A stretch of DNA of 64,000 bases, from contig CP147780.1 in the NCBI GenBank assembly GCA_037310415.1, positions 2,240,001-2,304,000 of the forward strand. The letters are read 5' to 3'. Positions 1 to 9,476 of this stretch are shown one piece after another (positions within the stretch are counted from its first letter, which is position 1; each line of letters begins with the position of its first letter). The notes under the pieces are model-generated. The model did no database searches, had not been told where the DNA came from, and was given only the letters and a program-made list of their open reading frames with translations. The position numbers were made by a program, and so were the translations under genes. This stretch comes from Candidatus Atabeyarchaeum deiterrae (GTDB lineage: Archaea > Asgardarchaeota > Atabeyarchaeia > Atabeyarchaeales > Atabeyarchaeaceae).

Positions 1-1310
1 TGGATGGACAACCTCTTCAGATAGTCAACGGCGTCAAAAACGAAACACAACTGAAGCATGTCATAGTGACATCACTAGTTGATTACCTGCCAGGGAAACC
101 GCGGAGACCAGCGGAGAAAGAAGGAACCCACCAGATGGCAAATCTCATTGCGGACAACCAACCGAATCCGCCCAAAGTGAACATTAATCCAAAAGAAGAC
201 ATTGCTACACTACAATACACAGGCGGAACAACGGGTACACCGAAGGGCGCCATGCTAACGCACCACAATCTCGTGGCAAATGCTACGCAAACAATAAACT
301 GGTTCATCTGGGATTTGAGGGAAGGCAAGGAGACATGTATGGTCAACCTTCCACTATTCCACATCTACGGAATGACTTGTTGCATGAACTCCTCAATCAA
401 CATGGGATACTGTATGGCTCTTAATCCTGACGCCAGAGACTTTCCCTCATTGCTCTCATTGATCAAAAGCACCAAACCGAGCTTCTTCCCCGGTGTTCCA
501 ACACTCTATATGCGTCTGCTTCAGACAAAAGGCGTAGAGAAGTACTATGAAGACCTCAAATCGATCAGAATGTGCAACTCCGGTGCAGCCCCAATGCCAC
601 CAGAAGTCATGAAACAGTTTGAACAAGTAACTGGAGGCTCCATTCTCGAAGGCTATGGCTTAACCGAGTGCTGCCCGGTAACTCACGTGAACCCAGACAA
701 GGAGACTAGGAAAATAGGCTCAATCGGTCTACCAATACCCAACACAGATTGCAGGATTGTCGATATTGAAACTGGAACAAAGCTCATGCCCGTCGGCGAG
801 GTAGGCGAACTGGCAATCAAAGGTCCTCAAGTCATGAAGGGCTATTGGAACAAACCTGGAGAAACAAAGAACCAGCTAAAGAGCAAACTCCTGGGCGAGG
901 CAGGACCATGGGTGCTTACCGGAGACATCGCTAAGATGGATGAACAAGGATACTTCTACATAGTCGACAGGAAGAAAGACATGATTGACGTAAGTGGCTT
1001 CAAGGTATACCCTCGCGAAGTTGATGACAAGTTATTTGAACATCCCCAAGTAGCAATGGCTGCAGCCGTCGGAATACCTGACCCCAAGAATCCCGGCAGC
1101 GAAGTAGTGAAGGCATTCGTCGTCTTGAAACCAGGAGTTCCAGAAAACGAGGAGACGAAGAAGGGCATCATGGATTTTGCGAAGAGGTCAATGTCCCCAT
1201 ACAAGGTACCAAAGGAAATCGAGTTCAGAAAGGAATTGCCAACGACACTCATTGGAAAAGTCTTGAAGCGGCCTCTAAGGGAAGAGGAGAAGAAGAAAAT
1301 GAGCAAATAG
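1..1310 (+). CDS. Long-chain fatty-acid--CoA ligase (5'-truncated by window edge)
   Basis: AMP-binding motif LQYTGGTTGTPKG, EGYGLTE, TGDIA..DEQGYFYIVDRKKD, C-terminal LPTTLIGKVLK; frame appears open from the window start. Confidence 0.93.
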   Translation, partial: DGQPLQIVNGVKNETQLKHVIVTSLVDYLPGKPRRPAEKEGTHQMANLIADNQPNPPKVNINPKEDIATLQYTGGTTGTPKGAMLTHHNLVANATQTINWFIWDLREGKETCMVNLPLFHIYGMTCCMNSSINMGYCMALNPDARDFPSLLSLIKSTKPSFFPGVPTLYMRLLQTKGVEKYYEDLKSIRMCNSGAAPMPPEVMKQFEQVTGGSILEGYGLTECCPVTHVNPDKETRKIGSIGLPIPNTDCRIVDIETGTKLMPVGEVGELAIKGPQVMKGYWNKPGETKNQLKSKLLGEAGPWVLTGDIAKMDEQGYFYIVDRKKDMIDVSGFKVYPREVDDKLFEHPQVAMAAAVGIPDPKNPGSEVVKAFVVLKPGVPENEETKKGIMDFAKRSMSPYKVPKEIEFRKELPTTLIGKVLKRPLREEEKKKMSK

Positions 1311-1329
1311 CCGGAATCTGCGTACGATT

Positions 1330-1347
1330 CCCATTTCACTTTTTTTG
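1330..1347 (+). terminator. Pyrimidine/oligo-T archaeal-type terminator
   Basis: CCCATTTCACTTTTTTTG about 20 nt after the ligase stop codon. Confidence 0.5.
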
Positions 1348-1500
1348 CTCAAGGAAATGACTTAGTTCAAATTGTTTCCCTCTTGATCAACATCTTCTCT
1401 CTTTGAAGTCAGCTCTAGCGATATAAACTTGAATATTTCTTGCCTACAAATGCTTTAATTGTCACAACACGCTAACCTATTCAGGGTTCTGACAATCTAG

Positions 1501-2028
1501 GTGGTTCTTCGTTTCGTGTCAAAAAAAGAATCCGAAAACGAAATCGAAGATGACGAAGGAAGATGGTGGGAGGATATACTTCAGCGCATAGATTCAACCA
1601 AGTTCTCCAGCCTGTTTCGCAATCTGGTATTGGCAACGGGATTACTTCGCTTGCGCGAAGGGAGCGAAGGCGCTCTACGCGATCTGGACACCATAATAAA
1701 TGAAACTGAAAGATACTCAAATCGCATGAATTCAGCCAAGAATGCCCATCCAGAAGTCAAGTTACTAGAGGCAATTGAAAAAAACCTGACAGAGTTCTCG
1801 CTCCAAACAAATGATTTCCGGAATGCGTTATTGACAAGCGAATTGAGAATGGAACTTGAGCTAGCTTCGCTCTCATTACTTCTTTCAAAGTCAAAATCAC
1901 CTGAGAGAAGAACCCGAAAAATCAATCTCGCCAGAAAGCTCACGAAGTTAGCGCGGCGCATCAGATTGAAAGAAGGGCGCTCGAAAGACTTGGAGGCAAA
2001 TTCAATATTACGTGAGACTTCAGACTAG
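1501..2028 (+). CDS. Hypothetical helical protein
   Basis: 175-aa ORF, charged/Leu-rich helical composition, no recognisable motif. Confidence 0.5.
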   Translation: MVLRFVSKKESENEIEDDEGRWWEDILQRIDSTKFSSLFRNLVLATGLLRLREGSEGALRDLDTIINETERYSNRMNSAKNAHPEVKLLEAIEKNLTEFSLQTNDFRNALLTSELRMELELASLSLLLSKSKSPERRTRKINLARKLTKLARRIRLKEGRSKDLEANSILRETSD

Positions 2029-2755
2029 CAGATTTCTTTATTGGGTCGTCTACCCTTTAACGGTTAGGGGTCTGTTCTATGAATGGGAAAAATCCAATCA
2101 GCGGAGAGCATGTACAAGGTCCATAGAAGTCACTCAGAAGAATCAAGTCACCCGAAGTCTGTGGGCGATGTCGGGCAATCGACAATCATTTTGCTTGTTG
2201 GCCTATTCCAAGAACCCTAACAGGGTCGACTCCCATGTTCTACCTTCTCGCTTCGACTCTGATGTGGCTTGGACGTATGAGATGCAGAGGTATGGAATCT
2301 AGCAGATAGTGCACGCCAATTCTATTCTAAGGTTGACCGATTCTGTCTCTGTCTGCATCTGCTTTGTCTGTTTTCACAGATTTCTTGTTCCTGTGATCCG
2401 CGCCCTCTTCCAGTTCAGTGTTCCATTCAGGAAAACCATTGTGGAATTGGTTTGCTATCTGGATTTCGACTTCGACACGCGCTTGGCGCGAGGCTGAAGC
2501 TGATCGATCTCTGGGAAAAGATAATTAATGAACCAAGTTGAAGTGCGCTTCAATAAGAAAAGAACCTGGCTTGCGGTGCAGGCAATGTACAATTGCTGTG
2601 GATGCAGAAGTGTGTCGAAGACATTGAGACCTTTGATCTGCCTCGGTATTGAGGGTAACGCTCGAACTATTCGCCCTTAACGGGAAACTTAATATAGAAG
2701 AAGTGGCAGAAAAAATCTTGTTGACAAAGCAACCCAGAACTTCTGGGTAGGAGGG

Positions 2756-3964
2756 GTGGATCAGAATTTGAGCAGTAGAAATGTTCACGTAAAGGCAGCG
2801 ATAGTCGTCGCAGTGATATTCTTTTCCATACAGTTTGTGACACCGCTGACAACTCCAATAACTTCACCAGTCATAGTTACGCTGAGCAGTGACCAGCAAG
2901 CATCATATACAGCGAACAAAGTTAATCAGTTGCTTAACGGAAAGGCTTTCGTAGTCTCATCTAGTGACCCCATTGGTAACTTGTTCATTCTGCAGAGAGC
3001 TGTAGGCGAAGTAATATACGTCGGCCACGGAACACCTAGAGAAGTTAAAGTCGGAGAAAGCCTGATGAGCTGGGAAACCTTTGCAGAGAGGAATTTGATG
3101 ACGCTTCAATCTCAGCAAGTATACATTGCCGCTTGTTACTCATCCAAAGCATCAGACATACTCGCGCAAAAATACGGTCACAGTAATGTCGTCATGAGCT
3201 TCAAAGGTCTTGTGGACACTGATGAGGCAGCATACCTAGTCACATCCGCAATAGCAATTACCGAAGGGGATATTAGCGCTGCGAAAACGATGATAGGTGA
3301 ACTGTGTCAAGTGATGACAGGCAAAGTTCTGACTCCTGAGAAGTATAACCATTGGTTGCTATCGTTTAATGTCGACGATGATGGTGGTGGCACTGGCTAT
3401 TCTAATGGATGGTCTGGCAATGCCTACTATCAATGGGTAAGAAGCTTGTACTTCGTAAAGTACGGTGGTTACCCTTCTAGCTCTAACATCCAAGTTGCAT
3501 ACACTCACCCAGACGTCTATCGGTATTACTCGTGGATAGGAGTCAACACGCCTTGCACTATTTCTGGAGCCAACCTAGTCGCCGTCCATACCACGAAGAC
3601 CCAACTTGATAGTTCTGACCTATTCACCATGATTTGGAGCGCATGCGAAGGCTTTGGAACTGCAGTAGCAGGTGCCATGGCGGTCTTAGCTCCTGTCGTC
3701 GCCGTAATGGCTGCCGCGCTAGTGATCTTTGTAGGATTTGCAGAGTACCTTATCATGACTTATCTGATCAGGGATGAGACGGGAGCTGCTTGGACTCATT
3801 ACCAGAACTACTTCAACTTTGGCAGCATCACAGGGGTAGACATTAAGGTTGGGAAGCTCGGTTGGTGGCGCACGATAACAACTTGGTTGTTAGGAGTTAT
3901 TCCTGTCCCTGCCGTCTACACGCTCTGGTACGGAGGACTAGATCTGGGCATTGACGGAATGTAA
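2756..3964 (+). CDS. Secreted protein: N-terminal caspase/gingipain-fold (His-Cys) peptidase-like domain plus C-terminal hydrophobic-hairpin domain (putative toxin precursor)
   Basis: SD GGAGGGG before GTG; N-terminal hydrophobic signal (AAIVVAVIFFSIQFV); VIYVGHG (H91) and VYIAACYS (C127); DDDGGG linker at aa 207-212; about 45-aa Ala/Val/Gly-rich hydrophobic segment aa 290-338. Confidence 0.6.
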   Translation: MDQNLSSRNVHVKAAIVVAVIFFSIQFVTPLTTPITSPVIVTLSSDQQASYTANKVNQLLNGKAFVVSSSDPIGNLFILQRAVGEVIYVGHGTPREVKVGESLMSWETFAERNLMTLQSQQVYIAACYSSKASDILAQKYGHSNVVMSFKGLVDTDEAAYLVTSAIAITEGDISAAKTMIGELCQVMTGKVLTPEKYNHWLLSFNVDDDGGGTGYSNGWSGNAYYQWVRSLYFVKYGGYPSSSNIQVAYTHPDVYRYYSWIGVNTPCTISGANLVAVHTTKTQLDSSDLFTMIWSACEGFGTAVAGAMAVLAPVVAVMAAALVIFVGFAEYLIMTYLIRDETGAAWTHYQNYFNFGSITGVDIKVGKLGWWRTITTWLLGVIPVPAVYTLWYGGLDLGIDGM

Positions 3965-3996
3965 CGACGCGAAGCTTTTGGAGGCGGTGTCGGTCT

Positions 3997-4662
3997 ATGG
4001 TCGAGGCGAAAGGGGGTTCTTCCCCCTACCTTGTTTTCTTTTTCCTGCTCCCAGCACTCGGGCTTAATCTCGTCGCCGTAGTAAACCCATTGATAATAGA
4101 GGGAATGATAATCAGAGCCCCTCCACCAGTCTGGACGTCACTAGACTCATGGTTTGCTAGGTCTGTCTTTGGTAGTTTCTCAGACTTCCCCTACAACGTG
4201 TTCATCCCTTTTCTTCTGGGACTCTATGTCATCAGTTTCTTGGTAGGTTTCTTGGTTTCGATACTGCTATTGAAACCGATTTTTGGACAGTTATTGAGTA
4301 ACCGTGAGGTAACCTTCTCGGAAGGAAGACTTGCCCTCAGAATTGGCTTGGATTTCTTCGTAGTCGTCTGCTTTATGTGGTTTGCGTTTAATCCAATTCT
4401 GGCTTACCTGACACAGTGTCCATATCAGCTCGGTATTATACCAGGTTCATTCATTTCTCTTTACATATTGACTGGGTTCATTACAGGCGATGGTATCGGC
4501 AAATCCGTCTTCCCGCTCAGGCTCCGCTGGATGTGTCGGAGAGATAAGTTGGAATTCAAATCCTTCAAGGTCGTAAGCTCGAGTGCTAACAAAGGCCACA
4601 GGGAGTCGAGTTTGATTAAGTGGGTGCTAATGTCAGCTGGTAGGTCTTTGCGGTCAATATAG
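3997..4662 (+). CDS. Multi-pass membrane protein (candidate immunity protein)
   Basis: SD GGAGG; about 4 hydrophobic segments; 32 nt downstream of the preceding gene, same strand. Confidence 0.6.
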   Translation: MVEAKGGSSPYLVFFFLLPALGLNLVAVVNPLIIEGMIIRAPPPVWTSLDSWFARSVFGSFSDFPYNVFIPFLLGLYVISFLVGFLVSILLLKPIFGQLLSNREVTFSEGRLALRIGLDFFVVVCFMWFAFNPILAYLTQCPYQLGIIPGSFISLYILTGFITGDGIGKSVFPLRLRWMCRRDKLEFKSFKVVSSSANKGHRESSLIKWVLMSAGRSLRSI

Positions 4663-5405
4663 GCAAGTCTGAGATTGCCTACCTTAAGGTAATGGTAATA
4701 TCAAGCACTTTGGTCACCAGCTTGCGCCCGTTAATTGTGTGTACAATTCCTTTTACGTGTCGGAGTAACAGTACTAAGGGAAGAATCTGCATGACGATCA
4801 AGCAGAAAAGAAAAAGGAGAAGACTGCAGATCCAAAAGCAGTTAGTAAATAGATAGGTATAGACGGTTAGAATTATTCATAGCTATTATTCCTGCAATAG
4901 ATGGTTATGCAGGGATAGCTAGCTAGATGAATATTAATGCTTCAAATATAGCTAAAAGTAATCAACCTTCAATTCAATGCTCTTAGACTAGTTAGAGATA
5001 CGCTATATGCTATAATGCATAAAGCGAAGGTTGACGACTGTAGGAATGCAAGAGAGGTTTAATCATGCAGAGTGCCTTCTCGATTAAGTATCAGTTATCT
5101 GGCGGGCTAATTAGCATACGTTGGATTCTTGCAGAAAGTGTAAAGGATGGTGAGCACCGGATGAAAGAAATCCTGGGTTCTAATGGAGCAATCGTAGAAG
5201 TAAGAAAGTTGAGTAACGTAGGTGTAAGGGGTCGCTGGGATTACTCTGGGCACTAATCGGCTCTATTTTTGAATGCATTCTAACATCTCTGTACAGGTAC
5301 GCACATAGCTAATAATGAGTGATAGGGTTATATCTTCTCAGTCTTCTGATTGGTGGAGTGGGGTTAGCTCCCTTTTTTCAACTGCCCTTGGAGGTGATTA
5401 AGAAA

Positions 5406-5768
5406 ATGAGTGGATTCGTCTCGATCTATAAGGACATGACGCCTGCTGAAAAAGAGGTTGCGAGTTTTCTCACCAAACACCTTGGAATTTACTGGACTTT
5501 TGAACAGCCAGTGTGCGTGGGAGACGAGAAGAGGAGACCCAGGATTTGGAGCCCAGATTTCTATCTGCCTGACCTCGGTTTGTACATAGAGGTCTGTGGG
5601 TCAAAGGAGTATGATTACGTTTACCGTGAAGGCATCTATAAGGATAACAAGATACCTGTGATCTTCGTACACCTTTACAAGGAAGAGGGCAAGTGGCAAA
5701 ACTATCTGATCATGCAGATCAAGGAAATCCATGGCAACCGATCTAAGATCATCGAGCGTTTGGAGTGA
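5406..5768 (+). CDS. PD-(D/E)XK superfamily endonuclease-like protein
   Basis: WSPDFYLPDLGLYIEVCG core; strong SD GGAGGTGA at 5390-5397 supports ATG 5406 rather than the ORF-track start 5319. Confidence 0.72.
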   Translation: MSGFVSIYKDMTPAEKEVASFLTKHLGIYWTFEQPVCVGDEKRRPRIWSPDFYLPDLGLYIEVCGSKEYDYVYREGIYKDNKIPVIFVHLYKEEGKWQNYLIMQIKEIHGNRSKIIERLE

Positions 5769-5968
5769 ACTGTGCGAGGCAAGAGAGAGAAATGGAAGAT
5801 TTAAGAACACCACATGACATAACTTGTGGCGCGCGCTACTCACCACTGAGGGTGAAGTTGCGTTTGAATCTTTACCCGAAAAAAGACAGAGCGTTGCTTG
5901 AATTGCTGAAAAAGGAACCAGCAACTAACGGTTTCAAGATACTGTTGAATGGTAGATACTTGAGTTAG
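5765..5968 (+). CDS. Small hypothetical protein
   Basis: GTGA overlap with the nuclease stop; 67 aa; no motif. Confidence 0.3.
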   Translation: MNCARQEREMEDLRTPHDITCGARYSPLRVKLRLNLYPKKDRALLELLKKEPATNGFKILLNGRYLS

Positions 5969-6022
5969 GTTTGCTCTAGTTGTAGTGTTTTGGTTGGTGG
6001 AGCGAGGGGGTTTTGTATCAAG

Positions 6023-6730
6023 ATGTATGTCAGTTACAAATTATGTACCGAGGCTAAATCCTGTTCTGGAGCTAGAAAGCAATTAGACTTGTACAAGAAG
6101 ATGAGGAAAGAGATTCCAGAGTGGGAAGACGAAGATTTGTTACCTGACTGTGAAACGGAATTGACATACCATACTAGTAGTGGTTATCTGCAAGCGGTTC
6201 TAAACTTCCGAAACATTAGGAGTTCTCCTGGAGAAAGAAAGGAACTTTCAGAAGAAGAGACTAAACAGATACCAAAGAAGATAGAGGATTACATTGAAAG
6301 CCTATGTAATGAAAACCATATTGAGTTGAAAAAGCATGATGCTGGCAAAGAAATGGACTGCGAGAGAAAGGGGAAACAGGACAAAGGGGAGGAATATTGG
6401 TGTGGCATGCGGAATGATGAGATAGTGAGAGTTTGTTCAAATGGAACAAGAATTGCATTTGAAATTCTGGATAGGCTGGAGAAGGATAGCGGTTTTTTCA
6501 AATCCGATCCAAGTTTAAGTGAGCATATAAAACAGGAGATAGTCCGCCGATTGAGATTTACGCCAGATCTGAGTGATTGCAGATTCGAACGTACTTGGCA
6601 TGAGACCTGCAATTCAGTTGGACTGGGCATTTACTATGACGAGGACGGGAAGCTCTGGCGTTCCAGAGGGTATCGTGGTTTGGAATTGATCAAGGAAAGG
6701 TTTTTTGATTCCAGGGTAAATTCTTGGTAG
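6023..6730 (+). CDS. Hypothetical protein (charged, Cys-containing)
   Basis: Long ORF in AT-rich island; SD-like GAGGGGG before ATG 6023. Confidence 0.6.
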   Translation: MYVSYKLCTEAKSCSGARKQLDLYKKMRKEIPEWEDEDLLPDCETELTYHTSSGYLQAVLNFRNIRSSPGERKELSEEETKQIPKKIEDYIESLCNENHIELKKHDAGKEMDCERKGKQDKGEEYWCGMRNDEIVRVCSNGTRIAFEILDRLEKDSGFFKSDPSLSEHIKQEIVRRLRFTPDLSDCRFERTWHETCNSVGLGIYYDEDGKLWRSRGYRGLELIKERFFDSRVNSW

Positions 6731-6810
6731 TAGGAATGCAGAGTATAGGTAGGTTGGTATGATATGGATGAATAAGAATAGGTAAGACTCAGGGGAAGGA
6801 GAAGAGAATA

Positions 6811-6984
6811 GTGAATAGAAAAGAAAGACGTGCAAAGGGAATTAAGGGATTAGGAGGCATTTATCCCTGTGTTATTACTTACAAAGATTCTGATGGAAAG
6901 ACAATATCGAAGAAATTTAGTGACATAGACGATGCAAGAGAATCGGCAAAGAGAAAGAAACTCAAAAAATATCTTCTACTTTAG
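6811..6984 (+). CDS. Small basic hypothetical protein, 57 aa (not in ORF track)
   Basis: GTG 6811 to TAG 6984: MNRKERRAKGIKGLGGIYPCVITYKDSDGKTISKKFSDIDDARESAKRKKLKKYLLL; purine-rich GGAGAAGAG upstream. Confidence 0.5.
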   Translation: MNRKERRAKGIKGLGGIYPCVITYKDSDGKTISKKFSDIDDARESAKRKKLKKYLLL

Positions 6985-7151
6985 TTTGGGTGATTAATAA
7001 GAGAATGACGAGTAAGAAACATTCAGAAGAAGCGAGAATGCGAGATTCGGACATAACTCACAAGTATAATAAGTTCACCCATCGCAAGTGTACTAATAGC
7101 GCTAAACAAGTGGAGGAAAAAGGCTAGGGGTGGATCAAAATCTCTATAGAG

Positions 7152-7655
7152 GTGAAATGGAACAAGAAAAGTCAAACTTGGCACTCGGTTCTTAAGCCGC
7201 CAAAGAAAATTCGGAAAGAGGTGTTTACGTGCCCCAAGTGCGGCAAGGATGTGAGGGGGAAATCTTGGTCTAAGGGTGGGGACATCTCATTAGAGGAGTG
7301 GCAGAATCTCTCCGTCAAGAAACTGCTAGACAAATATACCATGCGCTGCTCATCCTGTTTTGAGGAAACTCCATACTCCAAATTTCCTGACAAAGCAAGA
7401 AAATTCTTCGAACTGGAAATAACAAAATTGCGAGGAGTTCATTCCGACATAGCCAATGCTGTAGTTTTCAATAGAACGGGGCGGAATATTGAGGGTGGGG
7501 GTTTATCATTTAAGTTGGGGATTTCATCGGGATTGAAAGGAATTGAAATTATTTGTGGCAACTGTGGAAAGAAAAATCATTTTAAAGTGCAAAATGAGAA
7601 GGATAAGTTACTGCAATGTCTGAATTGTGGTCACTTCAACAAAGTCATTTTCTGA
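7152..7655 (+). CDS. Double zinc-ribbon protein
   Basis: Four CxxC motifs (CPKC, CSSC, CGNC, CLNC). Confidence 0.7.
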   Translation: MKWNKKSQTWHSVLKPPKKIRKEVFTCPKCGKDVRGKSWSKGGDISLEEWQNLSVKKLLDKYTMRCSSCFEETPYSKFPDKARKFFELEITKLRGVHSDIANAVVFNRTGRNIEGGGLSFKLGISSGLKGIEIICGNCGKKNHFKVQNEKDKLLQCLNCGHFNKVIF

Positions 7656-7953
7656 TTAGACGATTCCTTGGGATGGAAAGGTTGAGTGCGCACTAGATCA
7701 CGAATGTCCGACAGCATTCCTCCAAGGAAGGGAATTATTGGGCAAGCATCTTTATGATAGGCAGGCGTGCAACAGGTGTCTGGCTTGTTTCAGTAACCCC
7801 TAAGGCTTGTCCAGCCGTATGGGCGCCTTGATCTGGTAGAGGGTCTGAAATAGTAATATTGCGAATTTAAAGTAAGGTAAGTATATTAGCATCATAAGTG
7901 AGAACGTTCAGCAATTGTAATTGATTTGGGAGAGAACAAAGGAGGAGCAACAA

Positions 7954-8583
7954 ATGAGCTTTCTTGATAGATTAAAGTGGCCACTGAGCAGCATTTCGGG
8001 CATCTTGGTCATATTGTTCTACTGCATCTTCACACTCATATCAGCCGTAATGTATGTTGGACCGTGGAATCCCTGGCCCTACTTAAGTGATTTTGGAAAC
8101 ACTACGGCGCAGTTCAATCCAAACGGCGCAATCTTCTACAACCTAGCCTGCATCCTAACAGGAATAGTGTTGTTTCCATTCTACATAGGCTTATACAAGT
8201 GGTACTCCAAGGAGACGTGGAGAAAGATTCTGATAATTATCACCCAGATAGTCGGCATGATGTCGGCATTCTCTCTGATTATGATCGGAGTCTTTTATGA
8301 GAATTCGCTCCTGGTTGGCGCTCACGGTACCTGGTCGTATATCTTCTTCATGCTGAATCTCTTGGTCTTGATCTTCGCGAACATCTCGCTCATAACCCAT
8401 CCGAAATTCATCAAACTCATTGCCATCTATGGTATCGTTGTTGCCATTATCAATCTCGCATTCGTCATAATCGGCACTAGTTCGGTAATTGAATGGTTCA
8501 CGGTGTTCACTGCTTTGGGCTACGCTGGGTTGCTAGTAATCAACATGGTGAAAGCGTTCCCTCAGAGAAAGAAAAAGCGGTAA
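7954..8583 (+). CDS. DUF998-like membrane protein (paralog 1)
   Basis: YLSDFG, N..GAIFYN, IGVF.E..H motifs, about 6 TM; SD GGAGG at 7941 supports ATG 7954. Confidence 0.75.
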   Translation: MSFLDRLKWPLSSISGILVILFYCIFTLISAVMYVGPWNPWPYLSDFGNTTAQFNPNGAIFYNLACILTGIVLFPFYIGLYKWYSKETWRKILIIITQIVGMMSAFSLIMIGVFYENSLLVGAHGTWSYIFFMLNLLVLIFANISLITHPKFIKLIAIYGIVVAIINLAFVIIGTSSVIEWFTVFTALGYAGLLVINMVKAFPQRKKKR

Positions 8584-8779
8584 GAAGCAGAAGGTAATTT
8601 CGCTTGGTAACGCCAGCGGAATACTCTTCCATCCTTTTTTTGGAATGGACTTAACGGTAGAACTTGGAACCCTGCTGGTTCTTATCCGAGTAATATCCAA
8701 TCATTTATTGAAGAAATGCCTAATTAGGAATGAAAGCGTGGACCTCTATTAATCTGCGCGTCAAAGGATGGAATGAAAC

Positions 8780-9397
8780 ATGAAATGGAACCCATCGAAG
8801 TGGCCAATTCTATCCATTAGTGGAGTTTCAGTCATAGTTCTATATTGCGTCTTCACTTTCACATCGTACGCACTGTATCCGAGTCCGTTTAGTCCGCTCA
8901 CCAACTATCTTAGCCGACTGGGAGACTATCCCTACAACCCAAGTGGCGCCGTCTTCTACAATTTAGGCTGCATCCTTACCGGACTCGCTCTTTTTCCATT
9001 CTACTTAGGCCTATTCAAATGGTACACCAAGGAGACGTGGAGAAAGGAACTAATCATTGCCGCACAAGTGATTGGCATGTGTTCAGCTTTCGCATTGATG
9101 ATGATCGGAGTATTCTCAGAGGACACTGGGAAACCGCATCTATTCTGGTCGGGCGCCTTCTTCACTCTGAACTTCATTGTGTTGATACTGGTAAACACTG
9201 CCCTCATTACTCGTCCCAAGTTCATGAAGGCTATTGGTTTGTACGGCTACACAGTGACAATATTGAGTCTGGTTCTCAGTCTTTTGTCCGATTCGATTGT
9301 TAGTGGTTCAATTGTAGAATGGTTCACAGTTTTCAGTGCTCTTGGCTTCGTCGGCTTGCTCGTATATAACACCTTCAAGCTTGGCCACATTAAGTGA
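8780..9397 (+). CDS. DUF998-like membrane protein (paralog 2)
   Basis: YLSRLG, NPSGAVFYN, IGVFSED..PH, VEWFTVF; tandem paralog of the preceding gene. Confidence 0.75.
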   Translation: MKWNPSKWPILSISGVSVIVLYCVFTFTSYALYPSPFSPLTNYLSRLGDYPYNPSGAVFYNLGCILTGLALFPFYLGLFKWYTKETWRKELIIAAQVIGMCSAFALMMIGVFSEDTGKPHLFWSGAFFTLNFIVLILVNTALITRPKFMKAIGLYGYTVTILSLVLSLLSDSIVSGSIVEWFTVFSALGFVGLLVYNTFKLGHIK

Positions 9398-9476
9398 AAT
9401 ACGAGTCGACATCGATGATCTTGCGGTCGAAATCCTAAATAACCTTCGTGCATAGCTGCTTCTTGGAGGGGTTGCA

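Noticed and set aside
1485-1496. GGTTCTGACAAT resembling the start of the tnpB element TIR
   Set aside because: Only 7 nt match; no partner inverted copy or TSD found
2012-2497. ORFs 2012-2302 and 2309-2497
   Set aside because: No SD, atypical composition, no motifs; probably spurious
2538-2750. Plus-strand frame with two in-frame TGA codons (CRQC...LNIEEVAEKI), possible selenoprotein or HTH pseudogene
   Set aside because: No recognisable family, no SECIS-like structure seen, too short to support
8642-8690. GGACTTAACGGTAGAAC resembling a tRNA D-arm
   Set aside because: No acceptor stem, anticodon arm or TTCGA T-loop could be built
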